DNA of 17,280 nucleotides from Candidatus Methylomirabilis sp. (GTDB lineage: Bacteria; Methylomirabilota; Methylomirabilia; Methylomirabilales; Methylomirabilaceae). Within the stretch, counting starts at the first letter, position 1. Each line of letters begins with the position of its first letter. The notes beneath the pieces are model-generated. The model was not told the origin of the DNA. It saw only the letters and a list, made by a program, of their open reading frames with translations, and did not search any database. The stretch is taken from the NCBI GenBank assembly GCA_041498975.1, contig JBGQJI010000039.1, positions 1 through 17,280 of the forward strand. Reading direction: 5' to 3'. Below, piece by piece: positions 7,358 to 15,664 of this stretch. The translations under genes were made by a program, and so were the position numbers.

Positions 7358-10300
7358 TCAGGCAACCTCGTGGGACATGGGGAGGATCACTCGGAATAGG
7401 GTTCCCCGTCCCACCTCTGATTCGACCTCGATCCGCCCCCCATGCTCTGTCACAATCCCCTGGCAGATGGCCAGCCCCAGCCCGGTCCCACGCTGTTCGC
7501 CCTTGGTAGTGAAGAACGGCTCGAAGATCTTTCCGAGGAGTTCCGGAGGAATGCCACAGCCCTGGTCCTCGAACTCGATGATGACCTCGCTGCCCGTCTG
7601 GGTGGGACGCTCCCGCGTCCGCACCGTCAGACTGCCCTTCCCGCCACACGCCTCCAGCGCGTTGACTGCCAGGGCCAGGAAGACCTGGCGCAATCTGTTC
7701 AGGTTGGCCCGGAGCATTGGGAGGTCAGGGGTTAGGTCGAGCTGGAGCTCGAGACCGCTGAATCGGGACTGGTGGGAGGTTAGCTCCAACGATTTTTGCA
7801 GGAGATGATTGATGTCGGTTGGCTCACGATCGGCGGTCTCGGCGCGAACGAACTGGAGAAGTCCCCCGGTGATTTCTTTACACCGGTACGCCTCTTCCTC
7901 GATCACGGCGAGGTATTCGGGAAAGTCCTGGAACTCCGGCTTGGCTCGAAGCGATGGGTGGGAAGCCCTATCCAACAGGCCCTCGGCACAGCCGGCGATC
8001 GTGGCCACGGGATTGTTGATTTCGTGCGCGACTCCGGCGGCGAGTTGCCCCAGTGCGGCCAGCTTCTCGGCCTGCAGGAGCTGCCGCTGGATCTTCGCCC
8101 GTTCATCCTCTGCTCGCTGCCGATCTGTGATGTCCCGCGCGATGCTCACGATGACGCGACGTCCACTGAACTCCGCAAGGCGAGCGCTGATACTTAGGGG
8201 GATCAACCGCCCATCCCGGGTACGAAGATTCGTTCCCTCGAAGCTCATGATCGCCACTTTTTCCAAAATCTCCCTGACGATCCCATTGACCTTCGCCCGT
8301 TCTTCTGGAGGGTGGATATCGGGTATCACCATGCTGCGGAGTTCCTCAGCCGAGTACCCCGAGGTGGCGATAGCCTGTCGGTTCGCGTCAAGGATGGCCC
8401 CCGTCTCAGGCTCGATCAGGAAGATCGGATCGTTGGCGCTTTCGAACAGAGTTCGGTATTTCTCCTCGGACGCCTGCAAGGCGCGCTCGAACTGCTTCCG
8501 CTGGGTGATATCCCGGAGGATGGCCATAGAGCCAATCAACGCCCCGTGGACTCCGAGGAGGGGAGAGAGCGTGAGACTGACATCGATGGTCCGACCATCC
8601 TTGTGTCGCCTGACCGTCTCATAGTAGACGGCCTGTCTGCTCTCCATGGCCCGTTCCACCATTGTTCTTGCCTCTTCCCAGAGATCCTCAGGGACGAACG
8701 GCGCCTGCTGCCCGATGACCTCTTCCCTGGACCAGCCCAATATCTGCTCTGCTCCCCGGCTCCACGTCCTGATGGTCAGGTCGGGATCTACGGTGATGAT
8801 GCCGTCGTGGGAGCTTTCGATGACCTGTTCCAGGTACGTCTTCGACTCCATCATCTGGTTATGCAGGCGCGCGTTATCAATCACCACTCCAACCTGACTG
8901 CCGATGGTGGCCAGCAGCTCGATCTCGTCGGGGGAATACTCCCGGGCCCTCTTGCTGGCCAGGATCATCACCCCCAGGATCCGAGATTCAGCGATGAGTG
9001 GGGTGCCCGCGATGGTCTCGATCTGCTCTTGGGAAAGGAATGGGATCAGAAAAGGGATGGGGTGCTCGTGAGCGCGAACGACCACAGGGCGTTTCATCTG
9101 TGCGAGCTGACCCGCTACGCCTTCGCCGGGCTTCAGAGTCTTGATCTGCTCGGCAAGGCTGTCGGAGATGCCCTGATGGTGTTTGACGGTGAGCTGGCCG
9201 TCGGGCCCAATGAGCGAAATGGCGCCTGCCTCGACATCGAAGACCTCGCGCACCTTGGACAGGGTCTCTCGCATCACCTCCTCGAGGTCGAGCGAGCGGC
9301 TCATCGCTTCGGCAATGGCGTTCAGCGTGGCAAGTTGAGCAGTTCGACGCTCTCGTTGGGCGCGGGCCGTCTGGAGACTATCCGCCATCTGGTTGAACGC
9401 GTCGGTGAGCTGGCCGATCTCGTCGGTGGAGGTTCTCTCAATCCGCGCATCGAGTTCTCCCTCACCAATCGCCCTGGCCCCTTTCGCCAAACGCCGTACT
9501 GGCTCGGCAATCCACCTGGAGAGGAGCGCCCCGAGAATGAAGGCGATGCTCAAGGCGGCGGCGATTAAGGACGCGGCCTTTCTGACCTGCACCATGAAGC
9601 TGGCGTGAATGCGAGAGGTCGGAATGCTGACAAGGATCGACCACGGCACCTTCCCCGTAGCGGCAAAGGCGTTGAGCTGAACGGTGCCATCGAAGGAGGG
9701 ACCTTCGACAAAACCGCGATCGCTTCTAACCACCTCCTGAAACAGGGGCAGATCGCGTACCTGCCGGCCGATCCAATCCACGTTGGGCGGGAAGCGCATG
9801 AGAACCGTACCGCGCCGGTCGAGGACGACCATCACTGCGTCGGTCGGCAGCATCAGCCTGCCGAAGGCGTTTTGGAGCCCCTTGAGATCGATCGGCGCAA
9901 CGACGGCGCCAAGGAACCGATCCTCGTTGTCCCGAATAGGATATGCGAGTGCGACGTTCTTGAGGCCGGTCAGTCGTCCGGTGATCAGCTCGCTGATCAC
10001 CAAGCGATGACTGAGCGAGACCTCCTGGAACCAGCGCCGGTCTACGAAAGAGACCCGCCGTCCTTGTTGCGGGCCGATGGCCGCAGCGACCAGCTCACCC
10101 CGGTCATCGACGATAGCCAAGTTCATGAAGTGGGGGAGCTTCGGCTTGAGCCTCTTGACGAGCGGATCGAGCCGTTGTCGATCTTTGGCCTTGACGGCAG
10201 GGGCCTCGGCAAGGGTCATAAGCACGTGCTCGGAGGTGGTGACGAACTCATCGGCGACCGTTGCGCCCGAGGTGGCGAAGCGGAGGGTCTCGAGCTGGAT

Positions 10301-10420
10301 CTTGCTCCGCTCCGCCTGCAACTCGCGGTACGACCAGAAGAGACTCAGGACGAGGAACGGAATCAGGGTCGCCATCATCGAGGCGATCAGTTTTCCTCGG
10401 ATTCCCCAGCGGACCTTCAC
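7358..10420 (-). CDS. Membrane sensor histidine kinase: TM-Cache-TM-HAMP-GAF-PAS-PAS-HisKA-HATPase, about 1020 aa
   Basis: Two hydrophobic segments flank a Cache-like region (DRRWFQEV, GRLTG); HAMP (PVRRLA..DEIGQL); GAF; two PAS domains ending RDIT; H-box AAGVAHEINNP; G boxes DQGCGI, FEPFFTTK, GTGLGL. GTG start at 10420 after GGGAGG. Confidence 0.94.
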   Translation of the reverse strand: MKVRWGIRGKLIASMMATLIPFLVLSLFWSYRELQAERSKIQLETLRFATSGATVADEFVTTSEHVLMTLAEAPAVKAKDRQRLDPLVKRLKPKLPHFMNLAIVDDRGELVAAAIGPQQGRRVSFVDRRWFQEVSLSHRLVISELITGRLTGLKNVALAYPIRDNEDRFLGAVVAPIDLKGLQNAFGRLMLPTDAVMVVLDRRGTVLMRFPPNVDWIGRQVRDLPLFQEVVRSDRGFVEGPSFDGTVQLNAFAATGKVPWSILVSIPTSRIHASFMVQVRKAASLIAAALSIAFILGALLSRWIAEPVRRLAKGARAIGEGELDARIERTSTDEIGQLTDAFNQMADSLQTARAQRERRTAQLATLNAIAEAMSRSLDLEEVMRETLSKVREVFDVEAGAISLIGPDGQLTVKHHQGISDSLAEQIKTLKPGEGVAGQLAQMKRPVVVRAHEHPIPFLIPFLSQEQIETIAGTPLIAESRILGVMILASKRAREYSPDEIELLATIGSQVGVVIDNARLHNQMMESKTYLEQVIESSHDGIITVDPDLTIRTWSRGAEQILGWSREEVIGQQAPFVPEDLWEEARTMVERAMESRQAVYYETVRRHKDGRTIDVSLTLSPLLGVHGALIGSMAILRDITQRKQFERALQASEEKYRTLFESANDPIFLIEPETGAILDANRQAIATSGYSAEELRSMVIPDIHPPEERAKVNGIVREILEKVAIMSFEGTNLRTRDGRLIPLSISARLAEFSGRRVIVSIARDITDRQRAEDERAKIQRQLLQAEKLAALGQLAAGVAHEINNPVATIAGCAEGLLDRASHPSLRAKPEFQDFPEYLAVIEEEAYRCKEITGGLLQFVRAETADREPTDINHLLQKSLELTSHQSRFSGLELQLDLTPDLPMLRANLNRLRQVFLALAVNALEACGGKGSLTVRTRERPTQTGSEVIIEFEDQGCGIPPELLGKIFEPFFTTKGEQRGTGLGLAICQGIVTEHGGRIEVESEVGRGTLFRVILPMSHEVA

Positions 10421-10457
10421 GGCGCGTGATTCCTCCCGTCCGTTTCGACTGCAGGCC

Positions 10458-10486
10458 GCGTCCATCATGCCACAAGGCCCATGCCA
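10458..10486 (-). promoter_or_regulatory. Possible sigma54-type promoter(s) of the kinase operon
   Basis: Minus strand TGGCATGGGCCTTGT (10486-10472, GT at -12) and TGGCATGATGGACGC (10472-10458, GG-N10-GC); both imperfect. Confidence 0.35.
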
Positions 10487-10558
10487 AGGCAAGCGGAAGG
10501 CCCTGGAAGCCAGCGGCATCCGCGGGTTCCGGGGCTTCGAACGGGCAAGGTAAAGGAC

Positions 10559-10587
10559 TTGACGATTGCGCGCGGTGATGGTATAAG
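10559..10587 (+). promoter_or_regulatory. Sigma70-type promoter of the tol-pal operon
   Basis: TTGACG (10559-10564), 17-nt spacer, TATAAG (10582-10587), preceded by TG (extended -10). Confidence 0.7.
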
Positions 10588-10608
10588 CTGAACTCAAGGA
10601 CCTATGAC

Positions 10609-11328
10609 ATGAATGTCGTGAGCCTGATTGCACAAGCGGGGATCATCGCTAAAGGGGTGCTGCTCATCCTGCTCTTCTTCTCCTTGATGAGCTGGACGCT
10701 CATCTTCATGAAGTTCCGGACGTTCCGGCGAGGCCAACAGGAGTCGGCTCGCTTTCTGCAGATCTTCCGATCGGCAAAAAACCTCTATACGACCTTTGAA
10801 GAGTCGAAGCGATTTGGCAAAAGTCCCATCGCCGTCGTGTTTCAGGAAGGCTACCGAGAGCTCAGCCACCTTGTGAAGGGAAACCCGGGGCCGGGCAACC
10901 CTGGGCCGGTCGCCCAGGAGCCATCGGCGAGGGCGCCCGAAATGGCCATTCATAAGGAGCCGCTCGAACTCATCAGCCGAACGCTGCGCCATGCCAGCAT
11001 GAAGGAGGTCTCCCAGCAGGAACGCAACCTGATCTTCCTGGCGACCACAGGCAACGTGACGCCATTCATCGGTCTCTTCGGGACGGTGTGGGGAATCATG
11101 GATGCCTTCGCGAGCATTGGCCAAGCGGGCTCCGCGAACCTGGGCGCGGTGGCCCCGGGTATCTCGGAGGCCCTGATCACCACCGCGGCCGGGCTGGGTG
11201 CCGCCATCCCTGCGGTCATCGCGTACAACTACTTCGTGAACAAGATCAAGCGGCAGGTCACTGAAATGGAATTGTTCGGTCTCGAGTTTCTCGCCTTGGC
11301 CGAGCGGATCCTGGCGAGGAGTCGGTGA
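10609..11328 (+). CDS. tolQ: TolQ (MotA/TolQ/ExbB proton channel)
   Basis: PFIGLFGTVWGIM, VAPGISEALITTAAGL, AIPAVIAYN; first gene of the tol-pal cluster. Confidence 0.93.
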   Translation: MNVVSLIAQAGIIAKGVLLILLFFSLMSWTLIFMKFRTFRRGQQESARFLQIFRSAKNLYTTFEESKRFGKSPIAVVFQEGYRELSHLVKGNPGPGNPGPVAQEPSARAPEMAIHKEPLELISRTLRHASMKEVSQQERNLIFLATTGNVTPFIGLFGTVWGIMDAFASIGQAGSANLGAVAPGISEALITTAAGLGAAIPAVIAYNYFVNKIKRQVTEMELFGLEFLALAERILARSR

Positions 11329-11771
11329 TGGCGATGGCCTCGTTCAGCGTGGGATCGGATCAGCGCCCCGGAGGCACCGCGCTTTCCGAGATCAATGTGA
11401 CCCCGTTCGTGGATGTGGTATTGGTGCTCCTTATCATCTTCCTCATCACGGCGCCGATGATGCTCAGGGGGATCGATGTCAAGGTCCCAAAGACGGAAAC
11501 GAAGAACGTCGGGCCTGAGGAGCGGTTAATGCTGACGGTCACCAAGGACAGAGCCATCTACCTGGATGATCAACCGATCACCATGGCGCGACTGGAGCGG
11601 GTCCTGACGGGGCTTCGGCAGCGCAACCCGAAGGCCGCCGTCTTCCTTCGGGCGGATGAGGGGGTAGCCTACGGCGTTGTCGTGAAGGTCATGGACGCGG
11701 TGAAGAAGGCCGGCATCGAGCGTCTGGGAATGGTGACCGAACCGATCGTCCCCGGGGCGGAGGGGAGATAG
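11328..11771 (+). CDS. tolR: TolR (ExbD/TolR family)
   Basis: SEINVTPFVDVVLVLLIIF, LRADEGVAYGVVVKVM; start overlaps the tolQ stop. Confidence 0.93.
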   Translation: MAMASFSVGSDQRPGGTALSEINVTPFVDVVLVLLIIFLITAPMMLRGIDVKVPKTETKNVGPEERLMLTVTKDRAIYLDDQPITMARLERVLTGLRQRNPKAAVFLRADEGVAYGVVVKVMDAVKKAGIERLGMVTEPIVPGAEGR

Positions 11772-11775
11772 CGGC

Positions 11776-12939
11776 TTGGTGGGAGCGATCGAGCGGCGCC
11801 TTCCATGGCCGGACGTGTCGTACCCGGCCGGTCTCTCATTTCTGCTCCATGGACTCTTGATGGTTGCCGTCATGTATGCCCCCCAGTGGCTTCGCCACAC
11901 GCCCTTCAAAGTGCCGGTCAGTTACGAAGTGACGCTCGTGGCTCCACCCGGGGGAGGCGGCCAGGCAAGGGCGCGCCTTTCTCCTCCCGCAGGGGCAAAG
12001 GCGGCTGCTCCGGCTCCCCAGGCGGCGCAGCCCAGGGACCTGCTTACGCTGCCGTCGACATCACGGCCCGTCATCCCGCAGACGCCGGTTGCCTCGCAGA
12101 CGCCCGTCATCCCGCAAGCCCCGTCCATCCCTCAGACGGTGGTGAGACCCCTGTCTCCTCCGACTCGAACCGATGAGATGACCCTGTCAACCAAGCGCCC
12201 ATTGCCCGAGCGCCGGGCCCCCGCCCCGCTGGTGCCACCGCCTGCCCCTCCGGCGATCGTCGCGCCGAAGTCAGCCCCGCCCATCGCCCAGATCGTTCCG
12301 CCCGCCGTCGCGCTGCCTCCACCATTGTCCGTCGTGAAACCCGCGCCCCTGCGGAGCGTCCAGCCTGCCCCGCCGGCTCCCATCCTCACCACGCCGGTTG
12401 TCGTGGCGCCCCGGGTTGCTCCGCCGCCCGCCATCTCCCAGCCTGTGATCAGGCCGCCCGCCTTGACGCTTCCGAAAGTGACGCTTGGAACAGGCAAAGA
12501 GGCTCGACTTGAAGCCAAGGCCGTGAAGCCCGCTGCTGTGGCTCCTCCGGCGATCACCGCGCCTGCAATCGAGACCGAGGGCCAATCTGGTGCCGGTGTA
12601 GGGATCGGGGTGGGCACGGAGACCGGAGTGACAGTTGGGAATACCGATCCGGCGCTGGCGTATTATATCGTCCTGATCCAGGATAAGATCGAAGGGAACT
12701 GGACCCCTCCAAAGATGAGCCCCGGCACCATGGCCAGCGTCGTCCTCTCTCTCAGGATTTTCCGCTCCGGGCAGGTTCGGGACATGGCCGTCGATTCGTC
12801 ATCGGAGGACCGGCTGCTTGACGACTCGGCCCTTCGGGCTGTCCGCCTCTCGACCCCGCTCCCGCCGCTGCCTCCGCTGTATAAGGCCGAGACGCTCTTT
12901 CTGAGAATCCGTTTCAACTTTGAGGGAGTCAAGAGTTGA
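11776..12939 (+). CDS. tolA: TolA/TonB-family energy transducer with a Pro-rich linker
   Basis: N-terminal TM with SxxxH (LSFLLHGLL); long Pro/Ala/Val linker; C-terminal TolA/TonB-like domain (YY..IQDKIEGNWTPP..LLDDSALRAV); lies between tolR and tolB. Confidence 0.82.
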   Translation: MVGAIERRLPWPDVSYPAGLSFLLHGLLMVAVMYAPQWLRHTPFKVPVSYEVTLVAPPGGGGQARARLSPPAGAKAAAPAPQAAQPRDLLTLPSTSRPVIPQTPVASQTPVIPQAPSIPQTVVRPLSPPTRTDEMTLSTKRPLPERRAPAPLVPPPAPPAIVAPKSAPPIAQIVPPAVALPPPLSVVKPAPLRSVQPAPPAPILTTPVVVAPRVAPPPAISQPVIRPPALTLPKVTLGTGKEARLEAKAVKPAAVAPPAITAPAIETEGQSGAGVGIGVGTETGVTVGNTDPALAYYIVLIQDKIEGNWTPPKMSPGTMASVVLSLRIFRSGQVRDMAVDSSSEDRLLDDSALRAVRLSTPLPPLPPLYKAETLFLRIRFNFEGVKS

Positions 12940-14270
12940 TGCGATCGGGCCGTCGCGGCAGTGGCGCCAGCGTTCTGCTCGCCCTGGTCCTGACCCTCAC
13001 TGCCTTCCCCCTCGGAGCCGAGTCTGCCGAGGAAAAATTTACGATAGACATCTATAGGAAGGAAGCGCAGAAGATCGCGATCGCGGTCGTGGGCTTTCCG
13101 TCCTTCAGATTCGGCCTCAAGGCCGAGGACCTCGGTATGCAGGCAGGCGGCATTCTGAGCGATGATCTGAAGAATTCCGGGATCTTCGATGTCATCGAAC
13201 CGTCGTTCCTCCCGTTCGAGGCGACGCAGGTTGGGCTTGGCCAGGAAAAGGGGATACTGCCGGCACTGAATTCCCTCAAGGTCCAGGCCCTGGTGGTCGG
13301 CAAGCTCTCGCCCCGTGGGAGCGAGCTCATGTTGGAAGGCCAGCTCTTCGAGGTCAAGCGCGGCGAGATGCTTTCGGGAAAGCGATACGTGGGGGATGTC
13401 CGCACCCTGCGGACGATGGTGCACCGCCTGGCGGACGAGATCGTCTACCGGCTTACGGGGGACAAGGGGGTCGCGTCGTCAAGGATCGCCTACGTCTCCT
13501 CTGTGGATGGCGCGAAAGAGATCTACGTCATGGACTACGACGGGTACAACCCGGTCCTCATCACCGGGAACCGTTCGATCAACCTCTCCCCACGATGGTC
13601 TCCTGACGGCAAGAAGATCGCCTATACGTCCTATCGCGATCAGAACCCGGATCTCTTCGTGGTCAATCTGGAGACCGGGCGGCGTCAGAAGATCTCGTCC
13701 AGCCCTGGCCTCAACATTGCCCCCGGCTGGTCTCCGGACGGGCAATGGCTCGCCTTTTCCATGAGCAGCGGCATGGGCACCAACCTCTTTCTCACCAATC
13801 CAGACGGGACCGGTCTCCGTCCGCTCACGGTCGGCCCGAATATCAATGTCTCCCCGTCCTTCTCTCCGAACGGGCGGCAAATCGCGTTCAACTCGGACCG
13901 CGGTGGCACGCCCCAGATCTATGTGATGGACGTCGAGGGGGCCAACCTCCGTCGCCTCACCTTCGGCGTGGGAGACTACAGCGTCTCGCCCCGATGGTCC
14001 CCGCGCGGGGACAAGATCGCCTTCGTCGGGAGGCTGCGCGGGAACTTCGATATCTTCTTGATCAACCCTGACGGCACGGGGCTGGTGCAGTTGACGTCGA
14101 ACTCAGGCAATAACGAGGAGCCATCATGGTCTCCTGACGGTCGCCACCTCGTCTTCACATCGACGCGAAACGGGCGCCGCAGCCTGTATGTGATGAAGGC
14201 TGATGGGACGAATATGCGACAAGTGACCAAGAACGGAAAGGAAAATTACCTCGCCGACTGGTCGCCGTAG
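12939..14270 (+). CDS. tolB: TolB beta-propeller protein
   Basis: Signal peptide; TolB_N (VHRLADEI); repeated PD40 blades (SPRWSPDGKKIAY, PGWSPDG, PSFSPNG, PSWSPDG); ends in WSP. Confidence 0.96.
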   Translation: MRSGRRGSGASVLLALVLTLTAFPLGAESAEEKFTIDIYRKEAQKIAIAVVGFPSFRFGLKAEDLGMQAGGILSDDLKNSGIFDVIEPSFLPFEATQVGLGQEKGILPALNSLKVQALVVGKLSPRGSELMLEGQLFEVKRGEMLSGKRYVGDVRTLRTMVHRLADEIVYRLTGDKGVASSRIAYVSSVDGAKEIYVMDYDGYNPVLITGNRSINLSPRWSPDGKKIAYTSYRDQNPDLFVVNLETGRRQKISSSPGLNIAPGWSPDGQWLAFSMSSGMGTNLFLTNPDGTGLRPLTVGPNINVSPSFSPNGRQIAFNSDRGGTPQIYVMDVEGANLRRLTFGVGDYSVSPRWSPRGDKIAFVGRLRGNFDIFLINPDGTGLVQLTSNSGNNEEPSWSPDGRHLVFTSTRNGRRSLYVMKADGTNMRQVTKNGKENYLADWSP

Positions 14271-14375
14271 TGCAGGCACGCCAGCAGTCCCCTGGCGACA
14301 TGCCGAAGGCAACAGCGGCGAGGTTAGCGGGATGTTGTGGGAGGCATCATTGGGGAGGATAAGGAGGAATTGGAG

Positions 14376-15482
14376 ATGAAGCAGGTGTGGCGGCCATGGA
14401 CCGGTTCCACCATCACACTACTACTCGTGTCAGTGTTTCTGACTGGGTGCCCGAAGCGGCCGGAGATTGCGGAGACCGCTCCGAAGGCGATCGGACCGCA
14501 GGGTGCGATTTCGATGCCGGCGCCCCCACCCTCTCCGCCAACGGTGAGCGCTGTCCCGCCGACGGTTCCAGCTCCGGAAGAGAAGTCCCCCGCTGAGGTC
14601 ACCGCCCAGCCTGGTGAATCCGAGGCTGCTCTGGAGGGAAAGGTCCAGGAGGCGGAGACGCCGCCCGCTGGCGGACAGGCCTACCAGGAACCCATGACGC
14701 CGCCCACCCAGGAGGCTCAAGCTGCGCCAGAGGCCGGTGCGGCGCCGGAACCTCAAGCCCCCCAACCAACGGAGGGTGAGATAAAGCCGCAGAGGCAGGT
14801 CGGAGAGGGCGAGGTCAAGCCTGAAGGCCAGGCCAAGGAGGCTGGGGCGAAGCCTGAAACATCCGCGGCTGTGACTGAACCCGAGGTGAAGCCGGAGCCG
14901 CCGGCGCCGATCGCCGAGGCTGAGGTGAAACCGGAGACACCGCCAGCGGTCAAGGAGGCGGAGGCCACACCCGGAGCCGAGGTGGGGGCTCCTCCAGAAG
15001 TCGTTTCTCCCCCCGCAGGCCAGCCTTCCGCAGAAGCCGTGTCACCCGCTGCTCCTGCCGAGCCTGTCGCTCCTGCCCCGGTCCCCACGCCTCAATCGCC
15101 GCCACCTGCGCCGCCCGCGGTAGCAGAAGCGCCCAAGGCGGTCGAGCTGACCGTCAAAGATATCTACTTCGACTTCGATCAGGCCGCTATCCGAGACGAC
15201 TCGAGGAAAACATTGGCCGATAACATCCAGTGGTTCAAGGCGAACCCAGCAGCCAAAGTGACGCTCGAGGGTCACTGCGACGAGCGTGGGTCCAGTGAGT
15301 ACAACCTTGCGCTTGGGGAGCGTCGCGCCAGGGTGACGCGGGATTTCCTGGTGGTTGCCGGAATCGAGGCGAGCCGAATCAACACCATCAGTTTCGGGAA
15401 GGAACGCCCGTTCGTTCTCGGGCACGACGAATCGGCGTGGAAGTGGAATCGGCGGGCCCATTTCGTCGTGAGCCCGAAATAG
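14376..15482 (+). CDS. pal: Peptidoglycan-associated lipoprotein Pal with a ~230-aa Pro/Glu/Ala-rich linker (368 aa)
   Basis: AAGGAGG RBS; lipobox FLTG-C at residue 25; C-terminal OmpA domain [38 protein letters not shown]. Confidence 0.93.
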   Translation: MKQVWRPWTGSTITLLLVSVFLTGCPKRPEIAETAPKAIGPQGAISMPAPPPSPPTVSAVPPTVPAPEEKSPAEVTAQPGESEAALEGKVQEAETPPAGGQAYQEPMTPPTQEAQAAPEAGAAPEPQAPQPTEGEIKPQRQVGEGEVKPEGQAKEAGAKPETSAAVTEPEVKPEPPAPIAEAEVKPETPPAVKEAEATPGAEVGAPPEVVSPPAGQPSAEAVSPAAPAEPVAPAPVPTPQSPPPAPPAVAEAPKAVELTVKDIYFDFDQAAIRDDSRKTLADNIQWFKANPAAKVTLEGHCDERGSSEYNLALGERRARVTRDFLVVAGIEASRINTISFGKERPFVLGHDESAWKWNRRAHFVVSPK

Positions 15483-15558
15483 CGGTAGCCAACTGGTGTC
15501 CTGAGTCGGAAAATCGCGCGAGAAGATTCCCCCGCCCCCTTGACTCCGGTCTATACAG

Positions 15559-15624
15559 CGGGAGAGAGGGTGCGGGTGAGGGGGTCTTCGCGCAAACAGC
15601 GCCCTCACCCAGAGGGAGAGGGGT
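15559..15624. repeat. Degenerate BoxC/REP-like purine-pyrimidine palindromic element
   Basis: GGGAGAGAGGG..GGGTGAGGG (15574-15582) pairs with CCCTCACCC (15602-15610), followed by GAGGGAGAGGGG; single copy in the window. Confidence 0.5.
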
Positions 15625-15664
15625 CAGGATGAGACGAGGTCCGTGTACAGCGTAGAGAGGTGGG

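Noticed and set aside
7350..7649. 100-aa N-terminal extension of the sigma54 activator
   Set aside because: It overlaps the kinase 3' end; ATG 7349 has a GAGGAG RBS and begins the receiver domain.
7809..10429. Long plus-strand ORFs (271, 418 and 274 aa)
   Set aside because: Antisense shadows of the histidine kinase gene.
10604..10612. ATG-ACA-TGA minigene overlapping the tolQ start
   Set aside because: Too short and too close to the RBS; probably chance.
10421..10633. 71-aa N-terminal extension of the kinase in the ORF track
   Set aside because: It would overlap tolQ and its promoter; GTG 10420 has an RBS and directly precedes the first TM.
14275..14304. Hairpin between tolB and pal (CGCCAG/CTGGCG)
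   Set aside because: Short stem with no U-tract; expected by chance at this GC content.
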